Part shown: positions 33,239 through 45,919 of the stretch, piece after piece
How the letters are laid out: each line of letters starts with the position of its first letter
Position numbering within the stretch: position 1 is the first letter of the stretch
Source of the DNA: the human T2T-CHM13v2.0 reference genome, Homo sapiens
Assembly (NCBI RefSeq): GCF_009914755.1
Contig: NC_060938.1
Strand: one strand, 5' to 3'
DNA: 64,000 nucleotides
Translations under genes and position numbers: made by a program
Notes under the pieces: model-generated
Seen by the model: only the letters and a program-made list of their open reading frames with translations
Told to the model about the DNA's origin: nothing
Database searches by the model: none

Positions 33239-33971
33239 TATTAAAATATTTTAAAACTCAGTCTTACATCAGGAACAGTGAGTGGTGTCAAAATAACATT
33301 ATTCATTTGGCTTGGATAACCTCAAAACGAGAAACTATTAACAAAATGTAGGGGGACAAAAGCATGAGACTAATTCTGAATTGAAAAAATGCATGAGAAA
33401 GTATCAGTGACAAATATAATACCGCCCTATAGAGATGATTCCATAGCATAGGGCCAAAGTGAGTCTCAGTGAAAATTAGCCCACTGAAGATAAGCTCATA
33501 GTCAAAGATTACAAATAGGTGAGAGGAAAAAATATCCTGAGGGAATACACCAAATAGAATGACTTTCAGCCCGGGAACTATAAATACTAGAACAATGCGA
33601 AAGAGAATTTTAAAGTAGCTACTTAAGCAGACCAAATTTTACAAGATAAAGGATGGAATAGAGATAATACCAATGAAGTATCTGTAACAATGGCTATAAT
33701 CTGAAAATCTGGCAATACCAAATGCGTGATAAAATACAGAACAACAGGATTCTCCCTCATTGTTCAGATGTAGGACCTTGTCCTTATCACACTGCCTAAC
33801 AATTGCATGGAATGTTTGCTATCTACATTACACATAGGAAAAAAAAAACACCAACAATCCTTCATATAATAGGCGAAGGCCCTAAGCCAGGCAGTAAGTC
33901 CAAGCCTATAAACACTGAGGAAGCATTGCTAGAATTTTAATTTATTTTTCAGCTTTATCAGGCTCAGATTT

Positions 33972-34292
33972 TGTATTAGTCCATTCTCATGCTACTATAA
34001 AGAAATACCTGAGACTGAGAAATTTATAAAGAAAAGAGGTTTAATTGACTCACAGTTCTGCATGGCTGGGGAGGCCTCAGGAAACTTACAATCATGGCGG
34101 AACTCACCTCTTCACAGGCTGGCAGGCGAAAGAATCAGAGCTGAGCAAAGCGGGAAGCCCCTTACGAAACCATCAGATCTTTTGAGAACTTACTCACTGT
34201 CAATTATCTCCACCTGGTCCTGCCCTTGACATGTGGGGATTGTTACAATTCAATGTGAGATTTGGATAGAGACACACAGCCAAACCGTATCG
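33972..34292 (-). mobile_element. THE1 (THE1C/D-like) MaLR solo LTR with internal deletion
   Basis: tgtattagtccattctcatgct...ggggaggcctcaggaaacttacaatcatggcgg...cagccaaaccgtatcg. 5-bp TSD gattt/gcttt. Confidence 0.9.
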
Positions 34293-35435
34293 GCTTTTAT
34301 AAACAAAAGCAACTAAAATTCACTTTCCAAGTTTTGTTGTTTTTATTAATCTTTTAGGGAAAACTAAAATTTAACACAGATAAACACCCTGCAGTCTTAC
34401 TGGTTTGGAAGACCAGGACAGATACTTGAGATAACACAATGGCTAGAAAGTAAGAGAAAAAATTCTAGAAAAGAGAAGGGGAGGGGGACCACAAATTGTG
34501 TTGGTGAACTGCCATATCTCCGCCTGGCCCCTGGGGCAAGCAGCCCATAGAAAGTAAAAATAGTCTCTGAATTAGCGGTAGTCCTCCTTAGGTAAAACAA
34601 GACTAAAACAAAACAGAGATCACTAAACTAAATAGTCTCCATAGAAATATTTTTTAAACAATAGCAAAATTACTACAAATACAAAGAAAAAGGAAAATCC
34701 AACCCATTGCCAATAGAAAATGTCAATGGAGGAGGTGGACCTGAGAAAAAGCAACTGTTGCAATGGCACAGAAGAATTTTAAAATATCTATTTTAACTGT
34801 GCTCAAGAAAATAAAGGTAAAATATTTATTGAATGAACAAATAGAAAATATCAGCTGAATAAGGAAAAACATACAAAAATGGAAATTCTATAATTTAAAA
34901 ATATATTATGTAAATTAAAAACTGCACTAGGTAGACATATAAAATTATGGAAACTAATAACTATGCTGTTATAATAACTGAAGTTGGCTGGGTAGTCTGT
35001 GTGTATGAATTGAGTAGGATAGAGGTGAAACAACTTTTTGTGAGGAAGCCGGTAGAGAGATGAGGTGGAGGGATTAGTATGTTGTGGGAAGGACAATGTG
35101 TCTTTCTGAAGGAAATAGTTAGTATTTTGTCCATTAATAAAAGGAGAGTCAGGTGTAACTAATTAGGAAAGCAGGGGGAAGTGATGGTTATGATTAATAG
35201 GATAAAAAGAAAAATATAAAATAATATCTAAATGAATAAAAGAAAAAACATGAAATAAATGACAGCTGTATCAAACCCACAAAGTAAGAGAAAAAACACT
35301 AAAATAAGTAATAAACGTAGAAAAAGATAGTGGGAATAAAAATATTTATCAGTCAAAATGGACTTACTAGAAGGCAGAGTCTGTTAGATTTGGTAAAAGA
35401 TTAAAAAGAATTTTGTAAACTATGAATTATCATAA

Positions 35436-36475
35436 GCTTGTATGATGAAGATGCCACAAGCAATTGCAAGAGGAACAGAAATTGACAATGGGATCTAATT
35501 AATTTAAAGAGCTTCAGCACAGCAAAAGAAACTATCAACAGAGTAAACAGACAATCTACAGAATGGGAGAAAAATTTTGCAAACTATTCATTTGACAAAG
35601 TTCTAATATCTAGCATTGATAAGAAACTTGAACAAATTTAAAGAAACAATCCCATTAAAAAGTGTGTAAATTACATGAAGAGACACTTTTCAAAACATAC
35701 ATGCAACCGACAAGCATATGAAAAACAGTTCAACATCATGATCATTAGAGAAATGCAAACCAAAACTGCAATGGGATACCATCTCTCATCAGTCAGAATG
35801 GTAAAAAGTAACAGATACTGGTGAGGTTGTGGAGGAAAAGGAATGGTGATACACTGTTGGTTGGATTTTAAACTATTCCAACCATTGTGGAAGAGAATGT
35901 GGCTACTTCTCAGAGACCTAGAGACAGAAATACCATTTGGCCCAGCAATCCCATTACTGGGTATATACCCAATGGAATATAAATCATTCCATTATAAAGA
36001 AATATGCAGGCATATGTTCACTGCAGCACTAATCACAATAGCAAAGACACGGAATCAACCTAAATGCCCATCAATAATAGACTGGATCAAGAAAATGTGG
36101 TACACATAATACCATGGAATACTATGTAGGCATACAAAAGAATGAGATTATGTCTTTGCAGGGACATGCATGGAGCTGGAGGCCATTATTCTTAGCAAAC
36201 TTACACAGAAACAGAAAACCAAATTCCTCATGTTCTTACTTATAAATGGGAGCTAAAAGATGAGAACACATGGACACACACAGAGTGAACAACACACACT
36301 GGGACCTATCATAGGGTGAAGGGTGGGAGGAAGGAGAGGATCAGGAAAAATAATTAATGAGTACTAGGTTTAATATCTTGGTGACAAAATAATCTGTACA
36401 ACAAACCACCATGAAACAACCTTACCTATGTAACAAGCCTGGACATGTAACCTGAACTTAAAAGTTTTAAAAAAG
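35436..36475 (+). mobile_element. L1PA13-15-like 3' fragment (~1 kb)
   Basis: ORF2 C-terminus (HCWLDFKLFQPLWK...WIKKMWY) and 3'UTR ggagaggatcaggaaaaataa...aataatctgtacaacaaacc. Possible TSD gaa(t/c)tat(c/t)ataa. Confidence 0.88.
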
Positions 36476-36559
36476 AACTATTATAAAAGAAAAAAAAAAT
36501 GAAGAAAAGAAAGGTTGACACGACAGATTAACTGTAATTTCTTTTTTAATTTTCCTGGC

Positions 36560-37200
36560 AGTGGACATTTAGGTTGCCCCAATGGATGACATCCATAAAG
36601 AATGCTGCAATAAATATCTTTTTACAATTCCTTATAACCTAGTGATGGCTTCTCTGGGGTTACATTTGTCAGATGAAGTACATGATACCCAATTAAATTT
36701 AAATTTTAGATCTTAAAAAACAGGTTTTTAGTATAAGTATGTCCCAAATATTGCATGGGGCATTCTTATACTAAAACATCATTTTTTGCTTATCTGAAAT
36801 TCAAATTTCAATAGGTGTTCTGTATTTTTATTTGCTATATCTGGAAGCCCTTTCTAGAGTATACACCTAGGAGTGGGTAGGCAGTTTCATAGAGTTTGTT
36901 TAATCTTAATTTTATGAGGCACTGACAGTGGCAATGACTTCATGTCTAAAATCCCACCACGAATGCATTAAGATTGATATTTTCCTCACAGTTTGGCAAG
37001 CACATGATATTCACGAACTTTTTAAGTTTTGCAAAACAATATAAAGAATTAAACTGCTTCTTTAATTTGCATTTCATTCCTTACTAGTAAGGTTGAGATC
37101 TTCTCCATGAATGACTTTAAGCCAATGATATTTTCCCTAGTGCGAACCACCTGTTTGTATATTTAAGGAAAATGCTTTCTATATTTTACATAGATCACAG
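36560..37200 (-). mobile_element. L1ME fragment (host of MER53)
   Basis: tggacatttaggttg...aatgctgcaataaatatc, and after MER53 atacacctaggagtgg, tttaatttgcatttc...actagtaaggttgag. Confidence 0.65.
36661..36852. mobile_element. MER53 palindromic hAT-type MITE
   Basis: ttgtcagat...aattaaatttaaatttt...tttagtataagtatgtcccaaatattgcatgggg...cttatactaaaa...tctgaaattcaaattt...atctggaagccct. 8-bp TSD tctggggt/tctagagt. Confidence 0.9.
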
Positions 37201-37600
37201 AAATCCATTCTTTACAGTGAGAAGTAGGAGAAATGTTTTTGATACCAACTTTTGGAGAGTCATAGTCTTTATTGCATCCTTGGCAAATGGCAACTCCAGC
37301 GGCTTTCTGACCGTGTCTAAGTTTCTGAGATGTGTCATATCAACAGCTCCTAGAAATGTATTGGATGCATAGCAAGCCCTCAAAAATATTTGTTGAAATA
37401 AACAAATGTATAATTAAGCATATACTTTTAAAGACATGCATTTGTAGACTTTTTTCACACCAGTATGGAATCTAGTTCCTGGTTAGACCCATAAGTTCTC
37501 AGAAGTGAAAGACTTGTAGAAATCCAGGTAAGTCTCATAATCAGTTAGAGAAACAAGAGGGATAAATCCACAGTATATGCAGATGCCTGACTATTCCATC

Positions 37601-37970
37601 TGACATGGTTTGTCTGTGCCCCACCCAAATCTCATTTTGAATTGTAGTTCCCATAATCCCCATGTGTTGTGGGAGAGACCCTGTGGGAGGTAATTTAATC
37701 ATGGGGGTGGTTACCTTCAGGCTGTTCTCATGATCGTGAGTTCTCGCAAGATCTGATGGTTTTATAAAGGTCTTTTCCCCCTTTTGTTTGGCACTTCTCC
37801 CTCCTGCTGCCATGTGAAAAAGGACGTGTTTGCTTCCCTTTCCGCCAAATTGTAAGTTTCCTCAGGCCTCCCCAGCCATGCTGAACTGTGAGTCAATTAA
37901 ACGTCTTTCCTTTATAAATTACCCAGTCTCAGGTATGTCTTTATTAGCAGCATGAGAATGGACTAATACA
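37601..37970 (+). mobile_element. THE1 (THE1C-like) MaLR solo LTR, full length
   Basis: TG...CA termini (tgacatggtttg...gactaataca) with perfect 5-bp TSD ccatc at 37596-37600 and 37971-37975. Confidence 0.94.
37691..37701 (+). promoter_or_regulatory. DUX4-type double-homeodomain motif in the THE1 LTR
   Basis: TAATTTAATCA fits TAAYYYAATCA. Motif match only; no evidence of occupancy. Confidence 0.5.
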
Positions 37971-38023
37971 CCATCTATTTTGCTTGTAGTTCTCACAAAT
38001 TCCTATCAACAATTCAGGAAAAG

Positions 38024-38292
38024 TCCTAGCACTTTGGGAGGCCAAGGAGTGTGGATTGCCTGAGCTCAAGAGTTCGAGATCACCCTGGGCAACGTGGTGA
38101 AACCCTATCTCCACTAAACTACAAAAAATTAGCCAGGTGTAGTTGTGGGTGCCTGTAGTCTCCCAGGTTCTCAGGGGGCTGAGGCATGAGAATTGCTTGA
38201 ACCCGGCAGGCAGAGGTTGCAGTGAGCCAAGATCGCACCTCTGCACTCCAGCCTGGGTGACAGAGTGAGATCCTGTCTTGGGAAAAAAAAAA
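38024..38292 (+). mobile_element. Alu lacking the first ~25 nt (old S/Jb-like)
   Basis: Starts tcctagcactttgggagg, ends in poly-A. Degenerate TSD aatt(c/g)aggaa. Confidence 0.9.
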
Positions 38293-39136
38293 TTGAGGAA
38301 CAATCCTCCTGTGTTCATCTTTGCCTGAAGAAAGAACTAGATTCTTTTTAATGTTTACTTTGTGTGTGTGTATGCATGTAATATACTAACAATACTAAAT
38401 AGAGCCAATAATTTTTATTTAATTTTAAGTGTAAAAGCTTTATTGAATCATGCCTCACTCTAACAGCCAAACTGATGGCCAAGGCACTCTTTATTCCAGC
38501 TTGTTCTTTGTGTTTTTGCACTCAGTGTTTCAAAACATTATTTATTCTCCTAAGAGCACCAGGAAGCTACTTCTTCCTTGTTCATTCTGTATCAGCAAAC
38601 TCATATCTCATTTTATCTCACCTTCTGCTGTTAAAACAGAAGCAACTATTGGCATTTTGGCTTTTTGATACCTTTCTATGTAGTCCTACCACATGTTTGA
38701 GGGAAATCATAAAACAAAAGTAAGCCTCTTTTTGTTCAGAAGAAATGATACATATGTTTAATATCTATTAATCTATATTTAATATCTATAGCTTTAACAT
38801 ATATTAATCAAAAACAACCCAAAGTTATATATGTATGCTTATATTTATATAAATATATTGAGCATTTCCATACATATTATTATTATATATCTTGTCAGTA
38901 ATTGTCATCGTGTCAATTAGCTACCATATTCAAATTGTGCCAAAGGAAATATCCAATATGCATAAGAATTATTTACTGTTATTGTCTTTGTTGCCAATTT
39001 AAAGGGTAATTATTTATATTAAAAGTAAAAATTTCTTTCTTAGTTTTAGAGAAAGGAAAATACCAGAATCTATAGCCACCTGGAATTGCATCAACTGTTT
39101 TACATAATACTTTCTATCTAGTTTTCAGTTTACTCA

Positions 39137-39541
<405 letters not shown>

Positions 39542-40721
39542 GAGTGCTTGTATTTATGAAAGTGACATGATAGGTGCATTTTTAGTCAAAAATGATTTTA
39601 AATTTTATGTTCAATGGTGGTGTTTATGAGTTACCAACAATGTCTTATGAATACAACTTTTCAAAGACTAAATTAAAGGCATGGTTAATACAATTTGCAA
39701 TGTAGTATGCAAATTGGTCTATACAGGGATGAAAACTATGGTTGTGACTCCTTTAGCAACCTATCCTAACCTATCACCCAGAATATTTGGCTAAACATCT
39801 GTTAAATAGAAAACTTGTTTAACTGTCAAACAGGAGAATCTTTGTCTACAAGTTTTGCTAGTTAAATCATGTGTTTTAATGCAGGATGCATTGATGCTGC
39901 ATGCTAGCAGATAAATGCCTTTATGATTCTCAAGGTGTATAATAAATAAACTCTAAGCATAAGAGATAGTAATTAAAATTAACCATCTGAAAATTGCTGA
40001 CTTAGATATGTATAGATTTTATTTTTGAAAATAAATACACATGGTCTTGAATGATCGTCAGCAAAGTGCATCCTTGTGACTTATTGTTGCTGTGATTGAA
40101 TATACATTCAGTATGGCTTACCCAGTCCTAAGTCCATAAATCATGCCATAAAATAGCCCTATAAGGGAGCCATCTGAGTCTACTCAGTTTTTCATTTTTC
40201 TACCATACTCAACTATTTCTAGCCTTAGGTGGTTTCCTTTTCAAGAAAATCAGGATGGTGTTTTATTAGTCTGTTCCGGTGCCTACAAGTGTTATTTTAT
40301 CTTTTATGCTCTGCGCATTTCCTTTAGGATGAATGATGCAATTTAGTAGAGGAAATACTGGGAAATAACTTATTTGTAAACTACTTTTGAAGGGTGGGAG
40401 AAAAATCAGTTGTGTTCCCCTTTGGAGTCTTGCAATGGATAATACTGCAATCTCTTTATTTACTTAGTCTTCCAATTTTAGAAGCCTCTTGTTTGACTTG
40501 ATATTTTTTCTTTCTTATAAATATAAATTCTTATGAGAGGAACTATTGAGAATTTAGAAATTCCATAATCCATATTTGGAATTTAGACTCACAAGCATCA
40601 GTGTGACTCTCTGGAAACAATTCATTATCTTCAAGGACATAGGTAGAACTAGAATTTACACCTTATTATTCTCTACCCAGTGTTTCTTATAATATATTTC
40701 TTTGATGCTCTTGTATCAAGC

Positions 40722-41079
40722 TACTGTCGTCTGAATGTTTGTGTCGCCACAAAATTCATATGTTAGAAACTCATATCTAATGGAATATTATTAAAAGTTG
40801 GAACCTTTAGGGGATGATTCAGTCATGAGTGTTCTGCTCCCATGAATGAAATTTATGTACTTATAAAAGAGGTTTAAGGGAGCCTCTTAATCCCTTCTGC
40901 CATATGTGGAAAAAGATAAAATGCTACCTAGGAGGAACTGGTCGTCACCAGATACCAAATCTGCTGGCACCTTGATCTTGGACTTCCCAGCCTCTAGAAC
41001 TGTGAGAAATACACTTCTGTTGTTTATAAATTTCCCAGTCTATGGTATTTTGTTATAACAGCAGTAACACACTAAGACA
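40722..41079 (+). mobile_element. MLT1A-like MaLR solo LTR
   Basis: tctgaatgtttgtgtc...aaaattcatatgtt...ggcaccttgatcttggacttcccagcctctagaactgtgag...actaagaca. TSD caagc/caagt. Confidence 0.88.
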
Positions 41080-41155
41080 CAAGTGGACTCAATACTCCCT
41101 TGGCTGTCTCTAAAGTTATTAATAATGTAATAATAGGACAAGGCTTTTGAAATGG

Positions 41156-41657
41156 TATAGTAGGTATACTATTGGATCCCCTCCAAAAATGCCCATACCT
41201 TAATCCCCCAAACCTATAAATATGTTATGTTACATGACAATGGGGAATTAAGGTTTTAAATGGAATTAGTATAAGTAATCAGAGGACTTTAAGATAAGAT
41301 TATCCTGAATTATACAGGTGAGCCCAATATTATCACAAGGGTCTTTAAATTGTGGAAGAGAGAGGCAGGAGGTTAATGTCAAAGAGATTTAAAGATATTA
41401 TGTTGCTGGCTTTGAAGAGGAGGAAAGGACCACAAGACAAAGAAAATGGGAGGTCTTTGGGAGCTGGAAAACACAAGGAAACAGACTATCCCCTAAAGCC
41501 TCAGAAAAAGAACATAACCCTGCTGACACCTGTGTTTTAGCCCAGAGATACCCATTTCAGGCATCTGACCTCCAGAACTGCAAGGCAAAATACCTGCATT
41601 GTTTTAAGCGACTAAATTTATGGTAACATGTTACATCAGCAATGGGAAACTAATACA
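41156..41657 (+). mobile_element. MLT1D/E-like MaLR solo LTR
   Basis: aatatgttatgttacatg...ggggaattaagg...ctgacctccagaactg...gaaactaataca. Confidence 0.85.
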
Positions 41658-41868
41658 CTTAGGAGAAGAAAAGGTGGATAGTTCATTTCCAAACCCTTCA
41701 GGCCCATATGCATCATTTGCTCTGAAGAACTGTAGCCATCTTATCTTCTTATAGGCATAACAAGCAAACTGTAAGTTCTAAAAGGTACCACACACTGCCC
41801 AGATATTATATCACTATCACGGGTCATGAGGTTCCAAGAGCTTGACAATGACAAAAGTCCTTATACAG

Positions 41869-42438
41869 TGTATTAGAGTTCTCCAGAGAATCAGAACCAA
41901 TATTGTGTGCGTGTGTACATAAGTCTGTGTATACATATATTCTCACAATAAATATTATATATTAATATTTATATGAGAGACAGAAAGAGAGAGATTTATT
42001 ATGAGAATTGGCTCACATGATCATAGAGTTGAGATGCCTCAGTATCTGTGGTCAGCAAGCTGGAGACCTGGGAAGGCCACCAACTGGTGGTATAATTCAG
42101 TCTGAGTTCAAAGGCCTGAGGTGGAGAGAGGTGGGGTATGATGGTGTCGGTCCTGGATCAAGTCCGAAGGCAGGAAAAAATGGATTTCTCATCTCAAACA
42201 TATACAGAAAGGGAAAATTAACCCCTCCTCTCTGCTCTTTTGTTCTATTCAGGCCATCAATGGATTGGATGATGCCCACACACATTTTCTGAGGCTGGAC
42301 CTTCTTTAATAGGTCTATTGATCTAAAAACTAATCTCTTTTGGAAACATCCTCACAGAAACACATAAAAATAAACGTTTTTCCAACCACCCAAGCATCCC
42401 TTAGCCAAGTAAGGTTACATTTAAAATTAACCATCACA
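41869..42438 (-). mobile_element. MLT2B-like ERVL solo LTR
   Basis: gttctccagagaatcagaaccaata...gagatttattatgagaattggctcacatg...aaaattaaccatcaca. Confidence 0.88.
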
Positions 42439-42743
42439 TTTAAAGTAAGAGAAGATGAATATATATGGTTATAATCTTCACACACACACACCTTTGTTGT
42501 GTATTTTTCCTGATAATACATATAGTTCAAAACACATTCCCAATTTGAAAAAAGAAAAAGTTTCTCTGTAATCAAATCCAATGAAATAGCTATCATTAAG
42601 GGTTTTTCTTCTCTTCTTTCATCTATTTTTTTCCTGTGAGTCAGATTTATTTTTCTACCTGTCAAGTGATAATTTGTTCAGATCTGTTCCTTATATTTTT
42701 AACTTTCCATCATCATAGATATAAGTGTATTTGCAAAGTCTTT

Positions 42744-42805
42744 AGAACAACTATTGTAATACTAAGAACTACTATTTTAATACTAAGATTATTGCTTTAA
42801 TACTG
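42744..42805. repeat. ~21-bp tandem repeat, 3 degenerate copies
   Basis: agaacaactattgtaatacta / agaactactattttaatacta / agattattgctttaatactg. Confidence 0.75.
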
Positions 42806-44258
42806 AAAACACCAAGGGGCTGTTCACTGTATCCATTTACCCTATAAGTTCCAAGAATAGAGTAAAAGAACATATTTCCACTCTCAAGATAAATAAAAGT
42901 AACGTATGTCATCATGACATAGTTCATAGAATTTTCCATATGAATGTTAATAAAATGCTTATTTAGAGAACTGGACTCTGAAATTCCAGTAAGCCATTAA
43001 ATTAGGCTTTCTGACACAAATTAAATGAGAAAGCCTACAATGAAAAAACATGAAAGTCATAAGCATAAATAAAAAATATATTGAAAAATGTGTTTCACAG
43101 AATTTTCTTAGAAATGGTCTTGTAATTTCCCGTGTTCTTCAAAATAAATCTTAAAATTAACCATATAACCATATATAAAATGAAGTTCTGCAAGTCATGC
43201 AAATATAAACATTTTCTATGACAGGATAATAAATCCTTCTGTGATAGATTCATAAAAATGAATGTTTTGTTGTCATCATAACTTTCTTACATTGTTATAA
43301 ATTATATAGTGAATTATTTTTATTAGCTCACAAATGGATTTAAATAGCAAAACATGCAGATTTGCTTTTGTTGTGTACAATATTTTCTTCAATAAAGACT
43401 AAATAGATTCCTGTGTTGGCATAATTTTCTTTAAAGCTAAAATTTTCCAGGCATTTGCATAGCCATACAAATTAGAGCATATATCCTTTTAATCATGATG
43501 AGCAGGCAAGACAATGAAAATATTAAGTAAAGAATGCAGAAAACTTAATTATGTGAAAATACTCCAGTGTGATATTATGGGTCTAATTTTATACTGCTTT
43601 TGGGAAAAAAAATTCTCAACTGCCATAAATTATTTTATGCAAATCTGTGACATTATTGATAACACATTGGATAATTAAGTACTTTCACTTTCACCAAAGA
43701 ATAAATATATATTCTGTTCACATATATTTGTTAATTTTTCTAATAAAATATTCCAAAAATCAAAATCAATTGAGTTAGTTATGACCATTTTTCTGTATTT
43801 TACCATGCTATTTTAGTTGAATATATTAAATGAACTATGAGTCAAGGTTTAAAATACTGTTTTTCAGGTTTTCCCATAAAATGTAACAGATGTTTTCTCA
43901 GTCAGATTTCTATATTTGCAGAAGCAAGATTATTAATAAGAATTCTCTCTCATTAGAAAATACCTTCTCACATTAAATTGAAAATTATATAATTTGAAAT
44001 AATATATGAAGTTAGGAATGTATTCTATAGTCCTACAATGAAATGATTTTCAAAACTTACCTAATTACATATGTGAGGAAATAAACTTACAAAAATTGAG
44101 AGACTTGCTTCATAACAACAAAGTCAATAAATGGAGCTACCCGCCTACTCTTACGGTGTTATTCCCACAAAATGGGAATTTAGCTTAATTGAATTGAACA
44201 AGTGAATTCTTGAAAAAATGGGAATTTGGAATTCAGTTTTGACACAAACTAACTATAA

Positions 44259-44577
<319 letters not shown>

Positions 44578-44699
44578 TGACTATATATAGATTTTTAACA
44601 AAACTACTATCTGAACTCAATTTTATCCCCTGATAAAATGCTAACATGAGACTCATAGGAATATTTTTGCGGTATATAGTTACAGTAAAAATATTCTTT

Positions 44700-45900
44700 A
44701 TAGTAGAGTAAAAAAGTACATATGATAAGACATAATCAAAAGCAACTCAATTTGAATAGACTATTAACTTAAAGAAACATTTAAAAATATTTAAGAATTA
44801 AACTAAAAATACCAGGGCTAGACTCTGACTACTGAGAGCTACAAGTCTTCTAAAGCAAACACTGTCTATATTTTGTAAACTGTCCAGCATTGAAAATGTT
44901 GGATAGTTTCTTAAATCATTTATGAGGCTGAGATAACTCTCATACCAAAACCAAGCAATGATGAAATTAAAAAAATGTAAATATCGAAAATTTATACTCA
45001 CAGATATGTGAGAATTTGCAATTCTTAAATATTTAAATATGTATTGCCACTACAACTTTTCCCAGAAATATAAGGATGGTGCAACCTTACAAAAATATTA
45101 ATTTATCCCATCATTTTAGCAGATTAAAAAGTTGAGTAAAAATGGTATTCTTGCTTAAAAATCATCTGATGAAATTTATCTCCCAAATTGATAAAACTAT
45201 TTGCAAAGCAGAAACAGAAGAAAATTGTATTTATAAATAAACCATATTTTCTGGTGAAATACTAGAAATAGTACCATTTAAGACAGAAATAAAATAACTT
45301 TCCTGCAATCAAATAAGAGGGAATACAGCACTGACAGTTCTATTGCAATGCATTGATAAGGGAACAAAAAAGACCTATAAATGTCAATGAAGGGAAGAGG
45401 GAGACAAAACTTGTATCCAGACAACATTCAGATTGTTCAGAAAATCAAGAAAATAAATTGTAAAATTATTAGAATTAAAATGGTTTAGAATGGTGGCCAT
45501 ATATGCTTTCAAAATTCAGTAGTTTTCTTAACTATCATTAATAAGCAATTTTAAAATAATGGAAAAGTAATACTATTTACTAGAACAACTTAAATATAAA
45601 ATATCTGTGAATACAAAAGAAAAAGAGAAAAGAGAAGAGGGAGAAGTTGGGAGAGGTAAAGAGAAATATGTAAAATATACATAAAGAAAATCACAAAGCT
45701 TTAACCATAAAATTTTTAAACCATAAAACCTATATATTCACTGAAAGCCTAATTAAATTCTCTCGAATTTTTTGAGAAATTTTACATTCACCTCAAAAAG
45801 AAAATATTTAAGAATATCAAGAAATTTTGCAGTTTAGCAGATTTCAAAATATACTATGAAACCATAGATATTAAATCATTTTTATTATTAATTGAAAACA
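44700..45900 (+). mobile_element. Old L1M ORF2 remnant
   Basis: aaaataccaggg, tcatttatgaggctgagataactctcataccaaaacc, aaaattattagaatt, cagatttcaaaatatactatgaa. Confidence 0.65.
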
Positions 45901-45919
45901 GTTCCCCCCAAAGGCAAAA

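Noticed and set aside
33972-37970. The two THE1 LTRs as ends of one provirus
   Set aside because: They are in opposite orientations, each has its own 5-bp TSD, and there is no THE1 internal sequence between them.
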